This document shows positions 8,894 through 16,948 of a stretch of 24,000 nt of DNA, in pieces (positions within the stretch are counted from its first letter, which is position 1; every line of letters starts with the position of its first letter). The notes below the pieces were generated by a model. That model made no database searches, had not been told where the DNA came from, and saw only the letters and a list, made by a program, of their open reading frames with translations. The position numbers were made by a program, and so were the translations under genes. Source of the DNA: Pannonibacter anstelovis (lineage in GTDB: Bacteria > Pseudomonadota > Alphaproteobacteria > Rhizobiales > Stappiaceae); NCBI RefSeq assembly GCF_036881715.1, contig NZ_JBAKBF010000004.1:258694-282693 (forward strand), read 5' to 3'.

Positions 8894-9507
8894 TCGACGC
8901 CCGCCTCTTGCCTCTGCAGCGCGCCGCCCTGCAGCCTCTGGCCGGTTTTCTCGCCCGCCGTGGCATCAGCGCAGACAAGCTCAGCATCACCGGCTTCGTA
9001 GCTGGGGTGTGTGCCTTTGGCGCGCTCTGCTTTGGCCAATGGCTGCCGGCGCTGCTGCTCATCCTGCTGAACCGCCTGCTCGACGGGCTGGACGGGGCCG
9101 TAGCCCGCATTCACGGCCCCACGGACCGGGGCGCCTATCTCGATATCGCGCTGGATATGGTATTCTATGCGCTTATCCCGCTCGGCTTTGCCATTCAGGC
9201 ACCGCAGGACCATGCCCTGCCCGCTGCCGTGCTGATTGTGTCCTTCGTTGGCACCGGCTCGTCTTTTCTGGCCTTCTCGGCCGTTGCGGCAAAGCTCGGA
9301 CGCAAGGCGCCGGAGTTTCCCACCAAAGGCATCTACTATGCCGGGGGGCTTGCCGAGGGCTTCGAGACAATCGCTGTCTTTACCGCCATGTGCCTGTTTC
9401 CCGGTCATTTTGCCGTGATCGCCTATGGTTTTGCCGCTCTCTGCGGCCTGACCACCCTCATCCGCTGGCGGCAGGGCTGGGTTGCCTTTTCTCAAGATGG
9501 GCCATGA
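8890..9507 (+). CDS. CDP-alcohol phosphatidyltransferase family membrane protein (YnjF-like in size and architecture)
   Basis: The ATG at 8890 overlaps the upstream TGA (ATGA). The diagnostic D-G-x2-A-R-x8-G-x3-D-x3-D motif is present (LDGLDGAVARIHGPTDRGAYLDIALD). 205 aa and multi-TM. Confidence 0.85.
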   Translation: MIDARLLPLQRAALQPLAGFLARRGISADKLSITGFVAGVCAFGALCFGQWLPALLLILLNRLLDGLDGAVARIHGPTDRGAYLDIALDMVFYALIPLGFAIQAPQDHALPAAVLIVSFVGTGSSFLAFSAVAAKLGRKAPEFPTKGIYYAGGLAEGFETIAVFTAMCLFPGHFAVIAYGFAALCGLTTLIRWRQGWVAFSQDGP

Positions 9508-9621
9508 TGCGGCCTGCGTCCGTCTGAGGCTGCAGCTGGAGCTGATCAAGCCATAGTGACCACACGGACGAACAGCTTTGCGCAATATGGCAGGCATCAG
9601 ATGCTTGCGCAGACAGGAATC

Positions 9622-10380
9622 ATGAGCGAACCCCGCACAGACACACAGAAGCTGCCTGTAGAGCGCAACCCGTGGCGCTTCGCACCTGCCGTGCTTGTCG
9701 TTGCCGGCCTCGTGACCGGCTATATGCTCGGTCTGCAAGACTATCTGAGCCTCGACTACCTTGCCGGGCAGCGGACATCGCTCAGGGCCTATGTGGAGGC
9801 CCATATGCTGTGGTCCGCCACCCTGTTCCTCGTGATCTATATTCTAGCGGTCGCCTTTTCCTTTCCCGCTGCATCCATCCTGACCCTGTTCGGCGGTTTC
9901 CTTTTTGGCTGGCTCGCTGGCGGCGCGCTGGTTGCTGCCGGCGCAACAGTCGGCGCTTCGCTCGTTTTCCTCGCTGCGCGCTCAGCCTTCGGCGGCTTCC
10001 TGCGCCACAGGGTCAAGGGCTTCATGAAGACGCTGGCAGACGGTTTCCGGGAGAATGCCTTCGGCTATCTTTTTGCCATCCGCCTGGCGCCCGTGTTCCC
10101 GTTTTTCGTGGTCAACATAGCCGCCGCCCTTTTCGACATCAGCCTTGGCCGGTTCGTGGCGGCGACGTTTTTCGGGATCCTGCCCGGAACCTTTGCTTAT
10201 GCCTATCTCGGCCAAGGCGTGGACAGCGTGCTTTTGGCTGCAAAGGCATCGGGCCGTGAGGTACAACTCTCGGATCTGGTGACGCGCGACATTACCCTCG
10301 CCTTTTTCGTGCTGGCCGCATTTGCGCTCCTTCCCACACTGGTGAAGCTGATCCGCAGGCACAGGGCTGGCCCGGGCTGA
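9622..10380 (+). CDS. TVP38/TMEM64 family membrane protein (DedA superfamily, SNARE-associated domain)
   Basis: Hydrophobic protein with the family's typical ..FP..S.LTL.GG.LFG...G.. segment and ..R..P.FPF...N... re-entrant-loop region. Start is uncertain: the ORF opens at GTG 9556, and ATGs follow at 9601 and 9622. 9622 was chosen because of the AGGA 5 nt upstream. Confidence 0.75.
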   Translation: MSEPRTDTQKLPVERNPWRFAPAVLVVAGLVTGYMLGLQDYLSLDYLAGQRTSLRAYVEAHMLWSATLFLVIYILAVAFSFPAASILTLFGGFLFGWLAGGALVAAGATVGASLVFLAARSAFGGFLRHRVKGFMKTLADGFRENAFGYLFAIRLAPVFPFFVVNIAAALFDISLGRFVAATFFGILPGTFAYAYLGQGVDSVLLAAKASGREVQLSDLVTRDITLAFFVLAAFALLPTLVKLIRRHRAGPG

Positions 10381-10403
10381 GCCGCAACAGATTGGCCTGA
10401 CCG

Positions 10404-10444
10404 CCCGGGCCATGCTTTGATACAAAGGCCCGCCGGGGGTTTTT
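10404..10444 (+). terminator. Possible intrinsic terminator after the TVP38 gene: imperfect GC stem (CCCGGGCC ... GGCCCGccGG) followed by GGGTTTTT
   Basis: Stem-loop with a 15-nt loop and one 2-nt bulge, followed by a run of 5 T. It is the only hairpin plus T-run in the window. It would split 7379-10380 and 10473-15213 into two transcription units. Confidence 0.3.
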
Positions 10445-10472
10445 CCGGGCCGCGAACGGAGTTTGACGGAAC

Positions 10473-11702
10473 ATGCGCTTGCGCAACGGCCTTCTGGCAG
10501 CAGGTCTGGCTGCCACCATAAGCTCTCTGCCCGCAGCCGCGGCTGCTCCAGATGTCACCAGCTGGGCCGAAGTCGAAAAGGCCGCATCCGGTCAGACGGT
10601 CTATCTCAACGCCTGGGGCGGCTCTGAAAACATCAACGCCTATCTGGAATGGGTGGGCGCCGAAATGCTCAAGCGCCATGGCGTGACCCTGGTGCATGTG
10701 AAGCTGGACGATACGGCCAATGCCGTCGCCAAGGTGGTCGCTGAAAAAACGGCCGGCAAGGACACTGGCGGCTCGGTTGATCTCATCTGGATCAATGGCG
10801 AGAACTTCGTGTCCATGAAAAAGCAGGGCCTGCTGCTCTCGCCCGGCTGGGCCGGCTCCCTGCCCAACTGGCGCTATGCAGATACCGAAAACCAGCCGAC
10901 CATTCTCACGGATTTCACCGAGCCGGTGGAAGGGCTGGAGAGCCCTTGGGGCGGCGCCAAGATGGTATTTTTCTACGACAGCGCCCGGACGGACGCGCAG
11001 ACCCTGCCAGACAGCGCCGGAGAGCTGCTGGCGTGGGCGAAGAAAAATCCCGGCCGTTTTTCCTATCCTGCACCGCCGGATTTCATTGGCTCCTCATTCC
11101 TGAAGCAGGTCTTGAGCGAAGTGATCGCAGATCCGGAAAAGCTGGCACAGCCGGTGAATGAAGCCAGTTTCGAGCGTGATACAGAGCCGCTTTTTGCCTT
11201 TCTCGATGAGTTGCATCCGGTTGCCTGGCGGTCCGGAAAGGCCTTTGTGCAGAACTATCCGGACATGAAACAAAAGCTGGCCGATGGCGAGCTGGATATC
11301 GTCTTTGCCTTCAATCCGGCAGAGGCTTCGGCCGGCATCAGGGCAGGCGAGCTGCCGGATACGGTTCGCTCCTTCACTTTCTCCGGCGGCACGCTCGGCA
11401 ACACGCATTTTGTCGCCATTCCCTACAATGCCAATGCCCGCGAAGGAGCATTGCTGACAGCCAACTTCCTGCTGTCGCCGGAGGCGCAGCTGCGCAAACA
11501 GGATCCTGCCTACTGGGGAGACCCGACCGTACTGTCCATGGACAAGCTCGGCGAGGCGGACCGCAAGGCATTCCGGTCTCTTGATCTGGGGATTGCCACT
11601 CTTGCGCCGGATGAGCTGGGGCCAGTGATCGCAGAGCCGCACGCCAGCTGGATGGAACGCATCGAGACGGAATGGCGCCGCCGCTACGCCAGCGGCAACT
11701 GA
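10473..11702 (+). CDS. ABC transporter periplasmic substrate-binding protein, YnjB-like
   Basis: Signal peptide (MRLRNGLLAAGLAATISSLPAAAAAP). About 409 aa. The ..VYLNAWGGSENINAYLEW.. region is typical of the YnjB-type SBP family as I recall it. It is followed by a fused double permease and a small ATPase, exactly as in E. coli ynjBCD. Confidence 0.8.
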   Translation: MRLRNGLLAAGLAATISSLPAAAAAPDVTSWAEVEKAASGQTVYLNAWGGSENINAYLEWVGAEMLKRHGVTLVHVKLDDTANAVAKVVAEKTAGKDTGGSVDLIWINGENFVSMKKQGLLLSPGWAGSLPNWRYADTENQPTILTDFTEPVEGLESPWGGAKMVFFYDSARTDAQTLPDSAGELLAWAKKNPGRFSYPAPPDFIGSSFLKQVLSEVIADPEKLAQPVNEASFERDTEPLFAFLDELHPVAWRSGKAFVQNYPDMKQKLADGELDIVFAFNPAEASAGIRAGELPDTVRSFTFSGGTLGNTHFVAIPYNANAREGALLTANFLLSPEAQLRKQDPAYWGDPTVLSMDKLGEADRKAFRSLDLGIATLAPDELGPVIAEPHASWMERIETEWRRRYASGN

Positions 11703-11733
11703 CGCTGTGGCGGACGGGGGGCGTAAGACCGCA

Positions 11734-13431
11734 ATGAACGATCGGGCACCCGCGCTCCTTGCAAGGGGCGCGGTGCTGTTGACGCTTGCCCTGCTGCTTC
11801 TGCCCATTGCCTTCGGCCTGCTCGGCACCCTGCTGCCCGCAGCCGGCTATCTGCCGGTTCTTGGCGGCGAGAGCTTCAGCCTGGATGCCTTCAGCAGACT
11901 TGCCGCAACGCCGGGCATCGTGCCAGCCGCTGTTCTCAGTCTGACAGCAGGGCTGGCGGCCTCCGCGCTTTCGCTGCTGCTCACCTTGCTGTTCATAGCC
12001 GGTTTTGCCGGAACGCCGGTTCTGTCGCGGCTGCAGCATCTTCTGTCGCCGCTGCTTGCCGTTCCGCATGCAGCTGCGGCCTTCGGGCTTGCCTTTCTCA
12101 TTGCCCCCTCCGGCTATCTCATCCGCCTTGCCGCGCCGCTGACGGGCATCACCCGGCCGCCGGATATCCTGATCCCGCATGATCCCTGGGGCCTGGCAAT
12201 GGTGGCAGGGCTGGTGATCAAGGAAACGCCGTTTCTATTTCTCGTCACACTGGCAGCGCTGCCGCAGGTGGATCTGGCCGGAGCCAGGCGGCTGGCGGCG
12301 TCTTTCGGCTATGGCCGGGTTGCAGGCTTTGTCTATTTGCTCTGGCCTGCGCTGTACCGGCAGATCCGCTTTGCGGTCTATGCCGTCATCGCCTATTCCA
12401 CCTCGGTTGTGGATGTGGCGCTGATCCTTGGGCCGAACCTGCCCGGCACGCTTGCTGCCCGGCTGGTGGACTGGATGAATGACCCTGACCTCTCCGTCCG
12501 CTTTCTTGCCTCTGCCGGGGCCCTGGCTCAGCTGGCGGTAACGCTCGCGGCTCTTCTCCTCTGGCTCGGTCTGGAGCGGCTGTGCGGAACGGTCACCTGT
12601 CACTTGCGGGATCGGGGCGTGCGGTTCAGGCGCGATGCCCTGTTACGCCGCCTTGCCGCGTTCACCCTTGCCCTCACCGGCTGTGCCGTCTTTGCGGGCC
12701 TTGCCGTTCTGGCGCTCTGGTCTGTTGCAGGCTTGTGGCAGTTTCCCGCCCTCCTGCCTCAGAATTTCACATTGCGCAGCTGGACCGGAGCCTTGCCACA
12801 GATATCCGGACCACTTCTGACCACCCTCACCATCGGCATTTCCTCAACGCTGATCGCGCTGATCCTTGCCTCTGGCTGTCTGGAGCGCGAGATCCAGACA
12901 GGGAAAGGTGCCGGAGAACGCGGGCTGCTGATCCTCTATCTGCCGCTGATCGTGCCGCAGGTCACATTTGTGTTCGGCCTGCAGCTGCTGTTCATCGGCA
13001 GCGGCAGCCAGAACCGGATGGCGGCGCTCATCCTCGTGCATCTGGTTTTCGTTCTGCCCTATGTCTACCTGTCTCTCGCCGGTCCCTGGCGGGCGCTTGA
13101 CCGGCGATACGAGATCATTGCAGCAGCGCTCGGCAAACCGCGCCTGACGGTGCTCTTCACCATCCGCTTGCCCATGCTGCTGCGTCCGCTGCTTACAGCG
13201 GCAGCTGTCGGCTTTGCCGTTTCGGCAGGGCAATACCTGCCAACCCTGCTGATCGGTGAAGGACGCCTTGTGACCGTCACCACCGAAGCCGTCGTCCTTG
13301 CGTCCGGCAGCAACAGGCGGGTGATCGGCGTTTATGCGCTGCTGCAGGCCATCCTGCCGTTCCTCGCCTTTGCGCTGGCCGTGCTGGTGCCGGCGTTTAT
13401 TCACCGCAACCGCCGCGCCATGAGGATTTGA
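11734..13431 (+). CDS. ABC transporter permease, fused two-domain (about 12 TM) type, YnjC-like
   Basis: About 565-aa polytopic protein with two tandem permease halves. Start is uncertain: the ORF opens at GTG 11707, and the first ATG is at 11734. Confidence 0.8.
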   Translation: MNDRAPALLARGAVLLTLALLLLPIAFGLLGTLLPAAGYLPVLGGESFSLDAFSRLAATPGIVPAAVLSLTAGLAASALSLLLTLLFIAGFAGTPVLSRLQHLLSPLLAVPHAAAAFGLAFLIAPSGYLIRLAAPLTGITRPPDILIPHDPWGLAMVAGLVIKETPFLFLVTLAALPQVDLAGARRLAASFGYGRVAGFVYLLWPALYRQIRFAVYAVIAYSTSVVDVALILGPNLPGTLAARLVDWMNDPDLSVRFLASAGALAQLAVTLAALLLWLGLERLCGTVTCHLRDRGVRFRRDALLRRLAAFTLALTGCAVFAGLAVLALWSVAGLWQFPALLPQNFTLRSWTGALPQISGPLLTTLTIGISSTLIALILASGCLEREIQTGKGAGERGLLILYLPLIVPQVTFVFGLQLLFIGSGSQNRMAALILVHLVFVLPYVYLSLAGPWRALDRRYEIIAAALGKPRLTVLFTIRLPMLLRPLLTAAAVGFAVSAGQYLPTLLIGEGRLVTVTTEAVVLASGSNRRVIGVYALLQAILPFLAFALAVLVPAFIHRNRRAMRI

Positions 13432-13433
13432 CC

Positions 13434-14105
13434 ATGCCCGACCGCGAAGGCGCATCCGGACTCAGACTCAGCCACGTGGCCATCCGTCATGAAGACAGGG
13501 TGCTGATTGACCTTTCGGCGCATGTAGCACCGGGCCATGTCCTGACGGTCATGGGGCCGTCAGGATCAGGAAAATCAACGCTTCTGGCCTATATCGGCGG
13601 CTTCCTCGACCCCGCATTCCATGCCAGCGGAGATGTTCTGGCAGATGGCATCAGCCTCTCCGGCCTGCCGCCGGAGCAGCGCCGCGCAGGCATCCTGTTT
13701 CAGGATCCCCTGCTCTTCCCGCATATGAGCGTGGGGGAAAACGTCGCCTTTGCCATTCCCGCCGAGGTACGCCTCAGTGCGGAACGGCAGAAGATCGCGG
13801 CTGCAATCCTCTCGGAAATTGAACTTGACGGCTTTGCCGGGCGCGACCCGGCCACCCTGTCCGGCGGGCAGAAGGCACGGGTCGCGCTTGCCAGGGTGCT
13901 CGTGTCGCGGCCACGGCTGCTATTGCTGGATGAGCCCTTCTCCAAGCTTGATGCGGACTTGCGGGCGCAGATGCGCAGTCTGGTGTTCGTAAGAGCGCGC
14001 AGTGCGGGCCTGCCCGTGCTGCTGGTCACCCATGACGCTGCCGATGCCGAGGCTGCGGGCGGCGCGGTGCACCGCCTCGGCCAGAGAGGAGACGCAGATG
14101 CCTGA
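13434..14105 (+). CDS. ABC transporter ATP-binding protein, YnjD-like
   Basis: Walker A GPSGSGKST, signature LSGGQKARVALAR, Walker B LLLLDEPFS, H-loop VTHD. The ATG at 13434 lies 2 nt after the permease stop; an alternative TTG at 13428 overlaps it. Confidence 0.9.
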   Translation: MPDREGASGLRLSHVAIRHEDRVLIDLSAHVAPGHVLTVMGPSGSGKSTLLAYIGGFLDPAFHASGDVLADGISLSGLPPEQRRAGILFQDPLLFPHMSVGENVAFAIPAEVRLSAERQKIAAAILSEIELDGFAGRDPATLSGGQKARVALARVLVSRPRLLLLDEPFSKLDADLRAQMRSLVFVRARSAGLPVLLVTHDAADAEAAGGAVHRLGQRGDADA

Positions 14106-15213
14106 TGCAGCACAAGAGCCTGCCCCGGTTGTGCTTCTTGGTGGCGGCCATGCCCATGTGGAGGTGATCCGGTATCTGGGCAGAGCTCGCTTGCCCCGTC
14201 CGGTCACTCTCGTGTCCCCGGCCCGCCATACCCCCTATTCCGGCATGCTGCCTGGCTATGCTGCCGGAGAGTACAGCTTTGAGGATTTCCATATTGATCT
14301 GGTGAGCCTGTGCGGGCGCTGCGGCGTGACATTCCTTGAGACCGCGGCCACCGGCATCGACCCCGCAGCAAGGACGGTGACGCTTGCGGACGGAGGCACC
14401 CTTGAGTACAGCCTTCTGTCCATCGACACAGGCTCAACGCCTCAACTGCCGAAAGGCCTGTCCGGCGGCATACCGGTGAAGCCGATTTCCACCTTCACGC
14501 AGGCGCTGGAGCAGCTGGATGCATTGGCCGCCCGCACTAAAGCGCACCTGCAGATCGCCGTGGTTGGCCAAGGGGTGGCAGGTGTTGAACTGGCCTTTGC
14601 CCTGCAGCAGCGCTTCGCCCAGCGCGGGGTGAAGATCGCACTGGCAGGACGCTCGCAGTGCCCGCTGCCGGAGCGCAGCAAACTTGCGCAGCGCATGGTG
14701 GCGAGGGAGCTCGCAAAGACCGGGATCAGTCATCATCCGGAGTTTGATGCCGTTGCCTTTTCAGATGGACGGCTGACGGCGCGCGACGGCAGGCAGCTCG
14801 CGGCCGATGAGGTGGTCTGGGCCACCTCCAGCGGAGCACCTGGCTGGCTGCAGGACAGCGGACTTGCCCTCGATGCAACTGGTTTCATCCGTGTGGACGC
14901 CACGCTGCGGTCTGTCTCTCATCCCGATGTCTTCGCTGCCGGAGATGTGGCCTCCCTGCCCGACCCGAGGCCAAAGGCCGGAGTCTTTGCCGTGCGGCAG
15001 GGGCCAGTACTGGCCCAGAACATCCACCACAGCGTCATGGGCAGGCCGCTGACGCCCTACCGGCCCCAGCGCGCCTGGCTCACACTTATCTCCCTACCGG
15101 GCGGATGCGCGATTGCCGACAAATGGGGGCTTGCCGTATCCGGCCGCTGGGTGCGGCTCTGGAAGCATCATACCGACACGCGCTTCCTCCGGCGCTATTC
15201 AGGTGGCGGCTGA
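14098..15213 (+). CDS. FAD-dependent pyridine-nucleotide-disulfide oxidoreductase family protein (NDH-2-like fold; the type found fused N-terminal to SelD in some genomes)
   Basis: The ATG at 14098 overlaps the ATPase stop by 8 nt. Motifs: N-terminal VVLLGGGHAHVE, ..TPYSGMLPGYAAGEY.., second dinucleotide fold IAVVGQGVAGVELAFAL, and ..VFAAGDVAS... Confidence 0.8.
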   Translation: MPDAAQEPAPVVLLGGGHAHVEVIRYLGRARLPRPVTLVSPARHTPYSGMLPGYAAGEYSFEDFHIDLVSLCGRCGVTFLETAATGIDPAARTVTLADGGTLEYSLLSIDTGSTPQLPKGLSGGIPVKPISTFTQALEQLDALAARTKAHLQIAVVGQGVAGVELAFALQQRFAQRGVKIALAGRSQCPLPERSKLAQRMVARELAKTGISHHPEFDAVAFSDGRLTARDGRQLAADEVVWATSSGAPGWLQDSGLALDATGFIRVDATLRSVSHPDVFAAGDVASLPDPRPKAGVFAVRQGPVLAQNIHHSVMGRPLTPYRPQRAWLTLISLPGGCAIADKWGLAVSGRWVRLWKHHTDTRFLRRYSGGG

Positions 15214-15774
15214 ACTCTCCGCTTCCCGCCTGAATGCGCTGCGCAGGTGCTCGCATGCGCTGTCCGGATCAAGTTCGGGATCTCCGGCCAGCAACAGCCC
15301 AGCCAGACCATCGCGGAGCGCCTCAAGCCGCAGAGCGGTGGCGCGCGGGTTGCTCAGTTTCCATGTGGCGTCCACCGAACCGCTAGACAGAATGTCTGCA
15401 AGACCCTGGCGCAAGCGCATCCGCGCGGCAGACAGCGCTTCGGCCAGCTGTGCATCTTTCACTGCAAGGCTCTCTGCCTCGATCCATAAGCGCCAGAAAG
15501 GCCGGGCTTCCGGCAAGAAACTCTCACTCATGAACCGCTCCAGAGCCTCCGCCGGGCTTTCGCCCTCGCGGCGCAAATCTGCCGCCACAACATCAAAGAT
15601 CGCAGTCCAGGCCTGCGCCCTCAAATCCGGCCAGCGGAAATAGTGGTTCAGCAAGCCAGTCCCGACGCCGGCGCGCTCCGTAACCATCCGGGTCTGCACT
15701 GCCAGGAGTCCCTGCTCCATCAGCAGTTCGGCGGTAGCAGACAGAATACGGTTACGCTTGCCCAGTGCAGTCAT
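15199..15774 (-). CDS. TetR/AcrR family transcriptional regulator
   Basis: N-terminal HTH region (RNRILSATAELLMEQGLLAVQTRMVTERAGVGTGLLNHYF). ATG at 15774 has AGAGGG 8 nt upstream. Divergent from the next gene across a palindromic operator. Its 3' end overlaps the convergent oxidoreductase gene by 15 bp. Confidence 0.88.
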   Translation of the reverse strand: MTALGKRNRILSATAELLMEQGLLAVQTRMVTERAGVGTGLLNHYFRWPDLRAQAWTAIFDVVAADLRREGESPAEALERFMSESFLPEARPFWRLWIEAESLAVKDAQLAEALSAARMRLRQGLADILSSGSVDATWKLSNPRATALRLEALRDGLAGLLLAGDPELDPDSACEHLRSAFRREAESSAAT

Positions 15775-15785
15775 CTGAAACCCTC

Positions 15786-15815
15786 TTGACGAATTGAGCG
15801 ATTGCTCAATACATA
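15786..15815 (+). promoter_or_regulatory. Candidate sigma70-type promoter for the DUF418 gene: TTGACG - 18 nt - TACATA
   Basis: The hexamers resemble TTGACA/TATAAT. The spacer and -10 lie inside the palindrome, consistent with repression by operator occupancy. No TSS data. Confidence 0.4.
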
Positions 15816-15832
15816 TTGAGCAATCGCTCAAT
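15793..15832. promoter_or_regulatory. Probable TetR operator: 40-bp palindrome with 19-bp perfect arms (ATTGAGCGATTGCTCAATA / TATTGAGCAATCGCTCAAT) around a 2-bp centre; each arm contains its own dyad TTGAGC-N4-GCTCAA
   Basis: Read directly from the sequence. It lies in the 73-bp divergent intergenic region between the TetR gene and the DUF418 gene. Confidence 0.75.
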
Positions 15833-15847
15833 GGAGATCATAGCCCA

Positions 15848-16948
15848 ATGCAGACGGAACGCAATCAGGCAGTAGACATGGTACGGGCTATCGCTCTGTT
15901 CGGTATTGCGGCGGTCAATCTGCCGTTCATGGCACTCCCGGTGAAGGCCACCCTGTATCTGCCAGCAGATGGCATCGACCGGATCGCAGTTCTTCTGGTG
16001 GAGCTGTTGCTGCAAGCAAAGTTCTTCCTGCTTTTTTCCTTCATCTTCGGTTGGGGGATAGAGATCCAATTCCGGGCTGCAAATCAGAAAGGTGCGTCTT
16101 TCGCGCGCCGGTTCAGCCGCCGCTTGGCGTGCCTTGCCGTCCTTGGCATGCTGCATGCCATGCTGGTTTTCACCGGAGATATACTGCTGCTCTATGCCTT
16201 GCTCGGGCTCGCAGCATGGGCCGTCAGACCGCTTCCCACCCGCATTCTTCTGATACTGGCTGCCGGGCTTGTCCCGGTCGCCGCTGCCTGCCTCTTCTTT
16301 CTTGGTCTCATGCTGCCTGGCGCCATTTTGCCCCCGGATACCCCAAACCTTGGCGGCAGCTTCGTCGAAGCGGTTCAGTCGCGCTGGCGGGACTGGCCAG
16401 ACAGCTTCGGTTTTCTGGTTCTTTTCCAGGGGCATCTTGCACTGGCCGCTTTCCTCGCAGGAATAGCGGCGGCAAGGTCCGGTTTCTTTGAAACAGGCAA
16501 CTTGACCGCTGCCCGGCTGCAACGGGCGGTTCCCCGTCTTCTGGCAGCAGGCCTTGTCCTGAACTGCGGTTATCTGCTGGGCCTTCATGCGGACCTTTTG
16601 CCACCAGCCTTAACGCTCGCAGGCCTCTGCTGCCTCGCTCTCGGCGGCCCGGTTCTGGCGTTTGCATGGCTCGGCATAATACTGATGGCCGCTGACAGGA
16701 TCAGGCTTCCGGACTTCATCATTCTCGCGGGCAGAAACTCGCTCACCTGTTATGTCCTGCAGGGCATTCTGGCCGGGCTCGTGTTCGGAGGATATGGCCT
16801 TGGCCTGTTCGGAGCGCTTGGCCAGATGGCGTTGCTGCCACTCTCCCTTGGCCTGACGGCTCTATCCATGGCTTTGACGTCAGCCTTCGCACGTGTCTTT
16901 GGCCATGGCCCCCTGGAACTTCTATTGCGCCGTGTCACTTATGGATAA
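15848..16948 (+). CDS. DUF418 domain membrane protein (YeiB-like)
   Basis: Polytopic membrane protein. The N-terminus ..VDMVRAIALFGIAAVN.., the mid ..FTGDILLLYALLGL.. and the C-terminus ..LTCYVLQ.. and ..GPLELLLRR.. match the YeiB/DUF418 pattern as I recall it. Confidence 0.82.
   Translation: MQTERNQAVDMVRAIALFGIAAVNLPFMALPVKATLYLPADGIDRIAVLLVELLLQAKFFLLFSFIFGWGIEIQFRAANQKGASFARRFSRRLACLAVLGMLHAMLVFTGDILLLYALLGLAAWAVRPLPTRILLILAAGLVPVAAACLFFLGLMLPGAILPPDTPNLGGSFVEAVQSRWRDWPDSFGFLVLFQGHLALAAFLAGIAAARSGFFETGNLTAARLQRAVPRLLAAGLVLNCGYLLGLHADLLPPALTLAGLCCLALGGPVLAFAWLGIILMAADRIRLPDFIILAGRNSLTCYVLQGILAGLVFGGYGLGLFGALGQMALLPLSLGLTALSMALTSAFARVFGHGPLELLLRRVTYG

Noticed and set aside
8835-9527. 230-aa same-strand alternative-frame ORF over the CDP-alcohol phosphatidyltransferase gene. 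A similar 195-aa ORF lies at 9672-10259 over the TVP38 gene.
   Set aside because: Their composition is Arg/Pro/Cys-rich and non-protein-like. The chosen frames carry the diagnostic family motifs and TM-helix patterns.
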